64,000 nt of DNA, from assembly GCF_039654945.1 (NCBI RefSeq), contig NW_027361676.1, positions 49,290,001-49,354,000 on the forward strand, read 5' to 3'. The DNA is from Dendrobates tinctorius (taxonomy: Eukaryota). Below the pieces are notes generated by a model that worked only from the letters and a program-made list of their open reading frames with translations, was not told the DNA's origin and did not search any database. This document shows, one piece after another, positions 50,851 through 62,226 of the stretch. A program made the translations under genes and the position numbers. Position 1 is the first letter of the stretch. Each line of letters begins with the position of its first letter.

Positions 50851-51979
50851 AAATGGATAATATAGTAATTTGCTGAAATAAATAATCTAAATGTTTTTGG
50901 ATTTGACAATTGTGGGCAAAACTCTGATACTTTCCATATATTGTACATATAGTCTACCCTAGAAGCACAGGAGTAGTCACAGGTCCATAAATTGACCACA
51001 AACATTAGATAAAAAGGCCACTTGATTAAGGTGATGCTAGACCAAAAAACAATTCAAATAACAAAAATCCATATAAATTGGTGTTTATCTTTATTAATAA
51101 ATATTAATAATCCCAATTTCATGTAGTGATTTTATTACACAAAGATAAATAATGCATGTACAGAAGATGAAATTACATTGCAAACTACGCCTGACTATGC
51201 AGGTCATGTACTATGTACACATATCACTAAAGTTGTTACCTATGCAAATTAGTGGGGTAAAACATGCAAATAACCAGGGTAGTGCTCTATATGCTAAGTA
51301 GTGAGCCCTTTATCAGATCCGAAACAGTATACACAAATTACCTGTCACTCAATATAGTCAGCCAGTATAATGCTAGCAAAGCAATCAGAAATACAAAATG
51401 GTAATCAGAATATCCATACAGACCATGTTGTGGTGAAACGCACAGATGCATGTTTCGCGTGACCACGGGTTAATATGAACCTGATTAATCCGCCTAAGGG
51501 CTTTCAGGCAGACTACTGATGGCAGATAATAGGGGGAAAGACGTTTAAGCATGTTGGATGTCAATGTGCCCTATCTTTTCAGTTGAGCATATAGAGTCAG
51601 GTTGAAATGCTGCCTGCTGATAACTATTTTAATTGTATGACCAGCTTTATAGTACGCTGCATTTCTCTTATGGTTGCCTGATGTCATGGAACAGCGTTTT
51701 TTTTTTTTTTGTTGTTTTTTCAACTGAGGCTAGTTCTTTCGGGAATTTTCTTATGTTACCTGTAAAACCAGCCTAGGTGTCAAGTAGCTGTATTTGGTTA
51801 AAAAAATCTTCAGTGCCTCAGGAGCTAAGTTCTGTCCCCATCCTCCATACTGTCCACAGCTAAAAATCTCTCCTCTGGCCTGTCTATTGTAGGACAATAT
51901 GATTGATAAAGGGCTGTCCAGGACTGATCTATTGAAGACCTATTATTGAGATTGACATCAATATTAGATTGGTGGCTGG

Positions 51980-53508
51980 TAGAGATGGGCGAACCCGAAC
52001 AGTAAAGTTCGGCGTCCGTACCGAACACCTACTGTTCTGGCACGTTCATTGAACATGGACTTCACCAGGAAGTCCATGTTACTGGTTGGGTTCGGTTGCC
52101 CGAAACACCTGATGTTTGTCACGCTGTCATGTGTTTAGCGGCAAACAACGCTTCTGATCGGCGGTGAAATCATCCCCGCTAGTCGGAGAGCCACGGTTCC
52201 CACACTGTCAAAAGACAGCATGAGCGCTCAGCTGTGATCGGAGGTCAAAGTTTACTTCAGGTCACTGGCGTAAGCTGATGGGACTACTGATCTCATCATC
52301 CGACAACTGCTGCCACTAATAACAGTGAGAGCAAGAGCTGCGAATGCGAGTATTCATCAGCCGCTCCTGCGCTGTAAATAAATTGAATAAAAAAAGCGTG
52401 GGTTCACCTGTATTTTTGATAACTAGCCAGGCAAAACTCACTGCTGGGAGCTGCAACCCTCAGCTGTCAGTTTCAACAAGGCTGGTTATCAAGAATTGTG
52501 GGGTCCCCACCCTGTTTTTTTAATAAAATATAGAAATGTAAAAAAACGGTGTGGGCCCCCCCCATTTTTCACAACCAGCCTTGCTAAAGCAGACAGCTGG
52601 GGGTTGGCATGGTGCCATGGACATTGGCCCTCCCCAGCCTAATAGCAGCCCACAGCTGCCCAGAAAAGGCAAATCTATTAGATGAGCCAATTCTGGCGCT
52701 TTGGCGCTTTACCCATCTCTCCCCATTTGCCCTGTAGCAGTAAGTGGGGTTCATATTTGTGGGTTTGATATCACCTTTGTATTGTTAGGTGACATCAAGC
52801 CCACGGCTTAGTAATGGAGAGGCGTCTATAAGACACCTATCCATTACTAATCCTATAGTGGTATGGTAAATACACAGCCAGAATGAAGTCTTTTCTTACA
52901 AAGAAAAAAAATAACAAACACAGTTATACTCACCAAATGCCTATTCCACCGAAGCCCTCATTCTCCTGTAATAAAAATAAAATAAAAATCAATATCCCTC
53001 ACCTGTTTGTCGTTCTATTCCATACCGTAATCCATGTCTGGGGGATAAACAGTTTTCAACCAGGACTGTGCCAAGATGCAACCATCTGGGCTGAGAACCA
53101 CTGGTGACTGAGGGGCGCAGCCTAAGTGACCGGTGGTGACGTCATTGAGGTTACCTCCGGTCAATGATGCTCTGTTCCCTGCCCGGCTGAACTGCAGTGA
53201 CTTAGGTGAGATCCTCGCTAGAACCATGAGTGACCAGAGGTAAACTTTATACCTCCGATAGCAGCTGAGCACTCACCCTGTCTTTTGACAGCGGGGGAAC
53301 CGTGGCTCTCTGACCGGCAAGGATGATTTCACCACCGATCAGAAGTGGTGTTTGCCGTGCTGTCATGCACATGACAGCGTGGCAAACACTGGATGTTCGG
53401 AGCCCCCATTGAAGAGAATGGGGTCCAGGTTTGAGTTCTGGTACCCGAACCCAAACTGTTTGTAACTGTTCGGCCGGACCCGAACATCCAGGGATCTGCC
53501 CATCTCTA
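51980..53508. mobile_element. Non-autonomous hAT element (1529 bp)
   Basis: TAGAGATGGGC / GCCCATCTCTA TIRs; perfect 8-bp TSD GTGGCTGG; CCGAAC subterminal motifs and long imperfect inverted arms. Confidence 0.9.
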
Positions 53509-53866
53509 GTGGCTGGCCTGCACCCAGCATACCCACTATAAGCTTTTACCAGCTATGGCAGCGCCCTGCAAACACTATGTTAAACCCTGAACAGCATGGC
53601 CATTCACTGCTCAGTGGCCATTAACGGGTACTCAGCTCAACTCCCATACACTTACGTAGGGTTAGCGATGTAGTACTTGTTTCATCTTCGGATGCTGTTT
53701 TTCATATTTGTGACCCATTCTAATGGTAAGTCCTCTGTCGAAGTTGTGGACAATCGCTTTAAGGATTGCACCAGCCGGTCATTAGATGTTGCTGATCAGA
53801 CAGCATTGAGAGTAGGAGGATTCATGTCTCTCGAGTTATAGCACTATGGCACTTTATAACAAGTTA

Positions 53867-53904
53867 GTCCCCTGAAGAGTTACTTGGATGAAACGCGTTG
53901 GGAC
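53867..53904 (+). ncRNA. Minimal hammerhead motif heading a Penelope-like non-autonomous relic (to ~54430)
   Basis: GTCCC-CTGAAGA-gttacttggat-GAAACGCGTT-GGGAC: 5-bp helix I, intact core, weak helix II. Confidence 0.7.
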
Positions 53905-54661
53905 ACCCCCCTAAGGGAAAGTGCAGGGCATGTGCAATATAGGGTGAGCTGGGGACTGCCCTTGTCAGGGCGGGAGTTTGGGGAACAGATAATGGTTAGC
54001 CTTTTAGGGATTTGACAGGGTATTGTCTTCCCATCGCTACCTTCCTGTGATTATACAGAGAATCCTTGGAGACTCCCGGCCCTTCATCTAATCTGGTGAG
54101 ATTGTTCCTTTTTTATTCATATCTCACCTATTGTCATTTTTGTGGCCATAAATGTTTTTTTTCTTGGTCTAGGTATGAATATATGTGTGCAATTGGCTAC
54201 GGCATTATGTGCTGATCTGTTAACTAATGCTGTATCCTTTGGATAATCTGTTGCCTGTTATATACCATTAGGTAACATTTTACATCCTGTTTGATGCATT
54301 TAGGTGGTTTCCTTTCTTTTGAGAGTTTAACCACCAACTTAGCATTTTTTATTGATATCCGAAATCACACTTGGGTGACACATTATTTAGTCCTTTTAAT
54401 TTATATATTAAAAGTTACGTTTTAATTCCACCAATTGCTTTATATATATTTTTTTTGGGGTGAGATTTTAATTGTGTCAGTTTTGACAGAAATTGTCTTT
54501 TGCTTTATTGAGGTTACTGATCAGAAGTTCTCTATGAAAAGAAGTTTAATTTTTTATTTGGGGATAAGTGCCTGTACAACTACTCCAATATTTTGTGATG
54601 ACTGGTTCCTTTTAATTCCAATATTCATTTACCAATTTAGTATTCTATTTAATGGGAAACT

Positions 54662-54839
54662 NNNNNNNNNNNNNNNNNNNNNNNNNNNNNNNNNNNNNNN
54701 NNNNNNNNNNNNNNNNNNNNNNNNNNNNNNNNNNNNNNNNNNNNNNNNNNNNNNNNNNNNNNNNNNNNNNNNNNNNNNNNNNNNNNNNNNNNNNNNNNNN
54801 NNNNNNNNNNNNNNNNNNNNNNNNNNNNNNNNNNNNNNN
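54662..54839. other. Assembly gap
   Basis: Run of N. Confidence 1.
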
Positions 54840-55984
54840 TTCCAGTCAGGACTAATACTAATCATGGCCACTGCAGAATCAAGTACCTTTTAATGAGTGA
54901 CTTTTGATGAGCAAAGAGTAAATTTCAGAGACTTGCTACTATCCGGAAATAATTGCACTTTGTCCGCCTCCTCTTTAAGGTGCTCAGATCAATTGCTTTG
55001 TGCTTCACTATACTCGAGCTGTTAAAACATTCCCTATGATTGCACAGTTGGGTGTGTTTTACAGCATTACCGGCCTGGTATCACTATTCTGCGCTGACAC
55101 CCGTCATTCTATCACCTGTTGTTCAGGGTCAGTGTCAGCCATTAACCATGCCTCATTCCCCATAGGATGGTTTACATGTGTTATTTGTTGTTGCTATGAA
55201 GGCGCCTCTAAGGCCTCTTTTGCACTTCAGTCTCTTAGAATCAGTCACAATCCGTCAAAGTGTTAAAAAACGGATCCTGTGCAGATCACAAAAAACTGCA
55301 CCGGATCCATTTTTTTGACGGATTTGTTGAAGCAGGAGTTGTAGTAAATTTAACCCCTTCACCCCCAAGGGTGGTTTGCACGTTCATGACCGGGCCAATT
55401 TTTACAATTCTGACCACTGTACCTTTATGAGGTCATAACTCTCGAACGCTTCCATGGATCCCGGTGATTCTGACATTGTTTTCTCGTGACATATTGTACT
55501 TCATGTTAGTGGTAAAATTTCATTCAAATAACTTGCGTTTATTTGTGAGAAAAACGGAAATTTGGCGAAAATTTTGAAAATTTCGCAATTTTCCAACTTT
55601 GAATTTTTATGCCCTTAAATCACAGAGATAAGGCACACAAAAAACTTGATAACTAACATTTCCCACATGTTTACTTTACATCAGCACAATTTTGGAACCA
55701 AAATTTTTTTTTGTTAGGAAGTTATAAGGGTTAAAAGTTGACCAGCGATTTCTCATTTTTACAACACCATTTTATTTTTAGGACCACATCACATTTGAAG
55801 CCACTTTGAGGGGTCTATATGATAGAAAATACACAAAAGTGACACCATTCTAAAAACTGCACCCCTTAAGGTGCTCAAAACCACATTCAAGAAGTTTATT
55901 AACCCTTTAGGTGCGTCACAGGAATTTTTTTGAATATTTAAAAAAAAAATGAACATCTAACTTTTTTTTCATAAAAAAAATACT

Positions 55985-58530
55985 TCAGGTTCAATTTTTT
56001 TTATTTTACCAAGGGTAACAGGAGAAATTGAACTGCAAAAGTTATTGTGCAATTTGTCCTGAGTACGCAGATACCTGATATGTGGGGGGGAACGACTGTT
56101 TCGGCGCATGGCAGAGCTCAGAATGGAAGGAGCGCCGTTTGACTTTTTCAATGCAAAATTGGCTGGAATTCAGATTGGACGCCATGTCACGTTTGGAGAG
56201 TCCCTGATGTACCTAAACAGTGGAAACCCCCTACAAGTGACCCCATTTTGGAAACTAGACCCCCCAAGGAACTTATCTAGATATGTGGTGAGAACTTTGA
56301 ACCCACAAGGGCTTTACAGAAGTTTATAACGTACAGCGGTACAATTAAAAAATCATATTTTTTCCACAAAAATGATCTTTTCACCCCAATTTTTATTTTC
56401 CCAAGGGTAACAGGACCCTAAAAGTTATTGTGCAATTTGTCCTGAGTACGCTGATACCCCACATGTGGGGGTAAACCACTATTTGGGCGCATGGCAGAGC
56501 TCGGAAGGGAAGCAGCGCCATTTGACGTTTTTGGCTGGAATTGAGATCGGACACCATGTCGCGTTTGGAAAACCCCTGATGTACCAAAACAGTGGAAACC
56601 CCCCACAAATGACACCATTTTGGAAACTAGACACCCTAAGGAACTTATCTAGATGTGTGGTGAGAACTTTGAACCCCCATGGGCTTCACAGAAGTTTATA
56701 ACATAAAGCCATACAATTAAAAAATCATATTTTTTCCACAAAAATGATCTTTTCACCCTCAATTCTTATTTTTCCAAGGGTAACAGGACCCTAAAAGTTA
56801 TTGTGCAATTTGTCCTGAGTACGCTGATACCCCACATGTGGGGGTAAACCACTATTTGGGGGCATGGCAGAGCTCGGAAGGGAAGCAGCGCCATTTGATG
56901 TTTTTGGCTGGAATTGAGATCGGACACCATGTCGCGTTTGGAAAACTCCTGATGTACCAAAACAGTGGAAACCCCCCACAAATGACACCATTTTGGAAAC
57001 TAGACCCCCTAAGGAACTTATCTAGATGTGTGGTGAGAACTTTGAACCCCCATGGGCTTCACAGAAGTTTATAACATAAAGCCATACAATTAAAAAATCA
57101 TATTTTTTAAACAAAAATGATCTTTTCACCCTCAATTCTTATTTTTCCAAGGGTAACGGGACCCTAAAAGTTATTGTGCAATTTGTCCTGAGTACGCTGA
57201 TACCCCACATGTGGGGGTAAACCACTATTTGGGCGCATGGCAGAGCTCGGAAGGGAAGCAGCGCCATTTGACGTTTTTGGCTGGAATTGAGATCGGACAC
57301 CATGTCGCGTTTGGAAAACCCCTGATGTACCAAAACAGTGGAAACCCCCCACAAATGACACCATTTTGGAAACTAGACCCCCTAAGGAACTTATCTAGAT
57401 GTGTGGTGAGCACTTTGACCCCCCCAGTGCTTCACAGAAGTTTACAACGCCCGGGCGTGAAAATAAAAAATTCGTATTTTTTCCACAAACATGATCTTTT
57501 AGTCACCATTTTTTTATTTTCCCAAGGGTACCAGGAGAAATTGGACCCCAAAAGTTGTTGTCCAATTTGTCCTGAGTATGCTGATACCCCATATGTGGGA
57601 GAAAACTACTGTATGGGCACACGTCGGGGCTCGGAAGGGAAGTAGTGACGTTTTGGAATGCAGACTTTGATGGAATGGTCTGCGGGTGTGATATTGCCTT
57701 TGGAGAGCCCCTAATGTACCTAAACAGTGGAAACCCCCCACAAATGACACCATTTTGTAAACTAGACCCCCCAAGGAACTTATCTAGATGTGTGGTGAGC
57801 ACTTTGACCCCCCCAGTGCTTCACAGAAGTTTACAACGCCCGGGCGTGAAAATAAAAAATTCGTATTTTTTCCACAAACATGATCTTTTAGTCACCATTT
57901 TTTTATTTTCCCAAGGGTACCAGGAGAAATTGGACCCCAAAAGTTGTTTTCCAATTTGTCCTGAGTACGCTGCTACCCCATATGTGGGAGAAAACTACTG
58001 TATGGGCACACGTCAGGGCTCGGAAGGGAAGTAGTGACGTTTTGGAATGCAGACTTTGATGGAATGGTCTGCGGGTGTCATGTTGCCTTTGGAGAGCCCC
58101 TGATGTACCTAAACTATTGAAACTCCCCACAAGTGACCCCATTTTGGACACTAGACCCCCCACGGAACTTATCTAGATGTGTGGTGAGCACTTTGAACCC
58201 CCAAGTGCTTCACAGAAGTTTATAACACTCGGACGTGAAAATAAAAAAATCATTTTTTTTCCACAAAAATGATATTTTTGCCCCCAATTTTTTATTTTCC
58301 TAAGGGTAACAGGAGAAATTGGACCCCAAAAATTGTTTTGCAATTTGTCCTGAGTAGGCTGATACCCTACATGAGGGGGTAAAACACTGTTTGGGCGCAT
58401 AGCAGAGCTTGGAAGGGAAGGAGCACCATTTGACTTTTTCAACTCAGAATTGGCTGGAATTGAGATCAGACGCCATGTTGCATTTGGAGAGCCCCTGATG
58501 TGCCCAAACAGTGGAAACCCCCAATTCTAA
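55985..58530. repeat. ~7-unit tandem array of 373-389-bp monomers
   Basis: CAATTTGTCCTGAGTA recurs 7 times; near-identical spurious ORFs spaced 373 bp (56418/56791/57164) and 389 bp (57514/57903). Confidence 0.95.
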
Positions 58531-58724
58531 CTCCAACCCGAACCCCANNNNNNNNNNNNNNNNNNNNNNNNNNNNNNNNNNNNNNNNNNNNNNNNNNNNN
58601 NNNNNNNNNNNNNNNNNNNNNNNNNNNNNNNNNNNNNNNNNNNNNNNNNNNNNNNNNNNNNNNNNNNNNNNNNNNNNNNNNNNNNNCAACACACCCCTAG
58701 CCCTAACCCTAGCCCTAACCCTAA
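58527..58724 (+). repeat. Telomere-like (CCCTAA/CCCTAG) repeats flanking assembly gap 58548-58686
   Basis: CCCTAGCCCTAACCCTAGCCCTAACCCTAA after the gap; degenerate hexamers before it. Confidence 0.8.
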
Positions 58725-61003
58725 TGGAAAAATGGAAATAAATACATTTTTTTTATTTTATTATTTTTCCCTAACTAAAGGGGTGATAACGGGGGGTTTG
58801 ATTTACTATTTATGGCGGTTTTTATGTTTGGCGGCTGTCGCACGCTAAAAGACGCTTTTTATTGTAAAAATAGTTTTTGCATCACCACATATTGAGAGCT
58901 ATAATTTTTCCGTATTTTGACCCACCGAGTCATGTGAGGTCTTATTTTTTGCGGGACGAGTTGACGTTTTTATTGGTACCATTTTCGGGCACGTGAAATT
59001 TTTTGATCGCTTTTTATTCCGATTTTTGGGACGCAGAATGAACAAAAACCAGCGTTTCATGAATTTCTTTTGGGGGGGGTGCGTTTACACCGTTCCGCGT
59101 GCGGTAAAATTGATAAAGCGCTTTTATTCTTCGGGTCGGTACGGTTACAGCGATACCTCATTTAGGTCGTTTTTTTATGTTTTTGTCGGTTTTATGCAAT
59201 GAAAACTATTTTATATAAAAAATAATTATTTTTGCATCGCTTTATTCTGCGAGTTATAACTTTTTTATTTTTTTGCTGATGATGCTGTGTGGCGGCTTGT
59301 TTTTTGCGGGACAAGATGACGTTTTCAGCGGTACCATGGATATTTATATGCGTCTTTTTGATCTCGCGTTATTGCACTTTTTGTTTGGCGGTATGATAAT
59401 AAATCATTATTTTTTGCTTCGTTTTTTATTTTTATTTTTTAAGGGGTTCGCTAAAGGGGTTAACTAATGGGACAGTTTTATAGGGCAGGTCGTTACGGAC
59501 GCGGCGATACCTAATATGTGTACATTTATTGTTTTTTTTTTTTTATTATTTTAAAAAAATGAATTTATTGGGGAATATTTTTTTTTTTTTTTTTACTAAT
59601 TTATTTGGCGATTTTTTTTAATTTATTTTTACACTTTTTTTTTAATTTTTTTTTACTTTATTACATAGTCCCAGGTGGGACATCACTGTCCTGTGACAGA
59701 TCGCTGATCTGTCACATCACAGATCACTGTGACAGATCAGCAATCTGTCACAGGCAGTGCACAAGGCTTCCTCATGCCTGCGCTTTGCAGGCACTGAGGA
59801 AGCCAGCTTCCCCAGGCCCCCGAAGGCCCCCGTCGCCATCTTGGATTCGGGGGCCTGGAGGATAGGAGTCCCCCGCAGCAGCGCTGCACATTGCGCTGCC
59901 GTGGGGGGCTCAGGGAAGCACGGAGGGAGCCCCCTCCCTGCCGATGCTTCCCTTTAACTCCCGGTACACCGCGATCGCGTTTGATCGCGGTGTGCAAGGG
60001 GTTAATGTGTCGGGGGCGGTCCGTGAGCGCCCCTGACACATTGTGCCGGGTGTCAGCTGTGATAATCAGCTGACACCCGGCCGCGATCAGCGGCGCTCAC
60101 CACGTGGGCGCCGCTGATCGCGGTAGACGTACTATCCCGTCCCCGGTCATACGGGCCCGGGTACCGTGGACGGGATAGTACGTCTCATGTCAGGAAGGGG
60201 TTAAAGGAACAGAATTCCAGAGAGAGAGAATTTTTATTTGTCAGAAAGGCTGTGGGGGTTAAATTCAAGGAAGGCAAATTGTTCCGGGCATGCTCAGTTT
60301 GAAAAAATGGAATCCAGCGATGGATTCCGTCTTTTGACGGACAGCGACGGATCCTCTTATCATAGGCTTCCGTTATATCCAACAGCGGATGGCGCTGGAT
60401 CCGTCGCTGTCTGACTTTTTGACCTACACAAAAAACGTTACTTTGTCCGTTGTCTCCGGCTGACGGACAAAGAATTTTATGACTGATCCGTCAAATGACG
60501 GATGAAACGGACGACAATCCGTCGCTAGTACAAGTCTATGAGAAAAAATGGATCCAGCGGGCAAATTTGCTGGATCCGTTTTTTTCTCAAAGCGATGGAT
60601 TTTGACTGACGCCAAAAGACTGAGTGTGAAAGAGGCCTAAGAACCTTGTACTTCTGGGGATTTGATTTTTTTCAGCTTTACAAGTTTCAGTTTTACATCG
60701 GACATAAGAAAGTCATCACTATTTTAAATCTCATTATTTGTTTTAGTATGGTGCTTCACAGAACATATTACCTTGTATGTGTTTCAATAAGTTAAAGGGG
60801 TTGCCAAGTTTTTAAATGGTTAAAATTAGAATGTGCTTATAAAAACATGCAACTTTGCAATTGCCCATTTATGAATAACCCACTGTTTTCAAGATGGAGA
60901 TATTTTCAATTTTAGAGTAGATCTTGTTACCTAGGTTATAGACCACCTTAGATTCTCGGGACTAGCTCTTTCCCTTAGGCTTCGCTACTAGGCTCTATGA
61001 TTA

Positions 61004-61270
61004 AGGCTATGTGCACACGTTGCAGTACTCCCGCAGAAGTTACCGCAGGAATTCCGGAATCTCATTTTAAATTCCCGTGATTTTCCCGCGGAAAAACTAG
61101 CGATTTGCAAGCGTAATTAGAATGCTAGCATTTTCCAAGCGATCTGTAGCATCGCTTGGAGAACTGATTGACAGGTTGGTCACACTGGTCAAACAGTGTT
61201 TGGCTAGTGTGACCAACTTTTTACTATTGAGGCTGCCTATGCAGCATCAGTAGTAAAAAGATCTAATGAT
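61004..61270. mobile_element. Harbinger-type element 5' fragment
   Basis: TAA|GGCTATGTGCACACG; matches ~21646-21925. Confidence 0.75.
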
Positions 61271-62169
61271 AAAACTGGCACTGGAATTTCAGCTGAATGA
61301 GGCATTGGTCTGATAGCTGACGGTAGATTTGGATATCCTATTTTACTTTTATTTTTCCTGTTAAATCCTGATGTTTTCACTAAACAGAAGTAACAGTCTG
61401 TGGAATGACTTTTTTGCTCTCTCCACACCATGGGGATACCAAATGCCAACTTTTCACGTGTTCCTTTGGTCCACATCCGTAAACTCTCGACACACTGCTT
61501 GCACACTATGTGAGGGGCCCATGGCTTATCTTGATCACCGAGTTTTACTTTAAAATGTGCAAAATATGCTTGTTTGACAAATGCACTGATGTTTGCCCTT
61601 TGAACTGGAATGGTGAAAACACCACAAATATAGCAGAAGGAGTCAGGGTTGTTTAGGCATTTACGACGAGAGGAAGAAGGAGCAGACATGATCTGAAACA
61701 AAGAAAATATGTACATAAGTAAATAAAACACTGAGATGGAAAGTTACAAGCTTTGAAAACTAACAAAGAAAAAAATCATAAAAGATATATAAATTACAAC
61801 TAAGCGCCCAATGTAAAGAGAAAAGCTATCACAAATCCTATTTATTCCCACTATGATACATTTTTTGTGTAAAGATATTGATAATTATGACGTATTGGGA
61901 GCTGTACACACCTCTCACCACACTGTCTCAGTTGTGACTACTCTTACAAGTTGCCACGTAGCTCTATATGAGTCGAATTGTACTCAGATAACAAGTCTTA
62001 TTACAGAAATCAGTGCAATTGTGCTTCTATGGCAGGTAAGTTGAGGAGGAAAAACTTGACGTGATAGAAAAAAACTGACAACATTTTTGGAATCAGCATG
62101 CCAATTTTAGTATAAATCAGCTCAAAAACCTAACTCAACAGAACATTTTTTTCAAATTGTTCCCCAGTG
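61271..62169 (-). mobile_element. Chapaev3 (CMC) transposon 5' fragment with Chapa zinc-finger coding region (ATG 61689)
   Basis: Terminus CACTGGGGAAC next to TWA. Protein FCYICG...DQDKPWAPHIVCKQC...WREQKSHSTDCYFC fits the Chapa C/H pattern; truncated at ~61271. Confidence 0.78.
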
Positions 62170-62226
62170 TAATGCAGTGGATTTTATGCTGCTTATTTAC
62201 TTGCAGAAAAATTCACGCATTTTACA

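Larger units (their letters stand above)
55354..60200 (+). mobile_element. 4.8-kb non-autonomous piggyBac-like element
   Basis: TTAA|CCCCTTC...GAAGGGG|TTAA; no transposase ORF; internal tandem array and hexamer repeats. Confidence 0.85.
55212..60637. mobile_element. Harbinger-type MITE split by a nested piggyBac-like element
   Basis: TAA|GGCCTCTTT...AAAGAGGCC|TAA; halves 55212-55349 and 60205-60637 with GGATCC/GACGGA motifs. Confidence 0.8.

Noticed and set aside
54435-54893. ORFs spanning N runs (also at 58444-58741)
   Set aside because: Artefacts of assembly gaps.
56108-58442. Repeated 66-144-aa ORFs
   Set aside because: By-products of the tandem array; no piggyBac transposase motifs.
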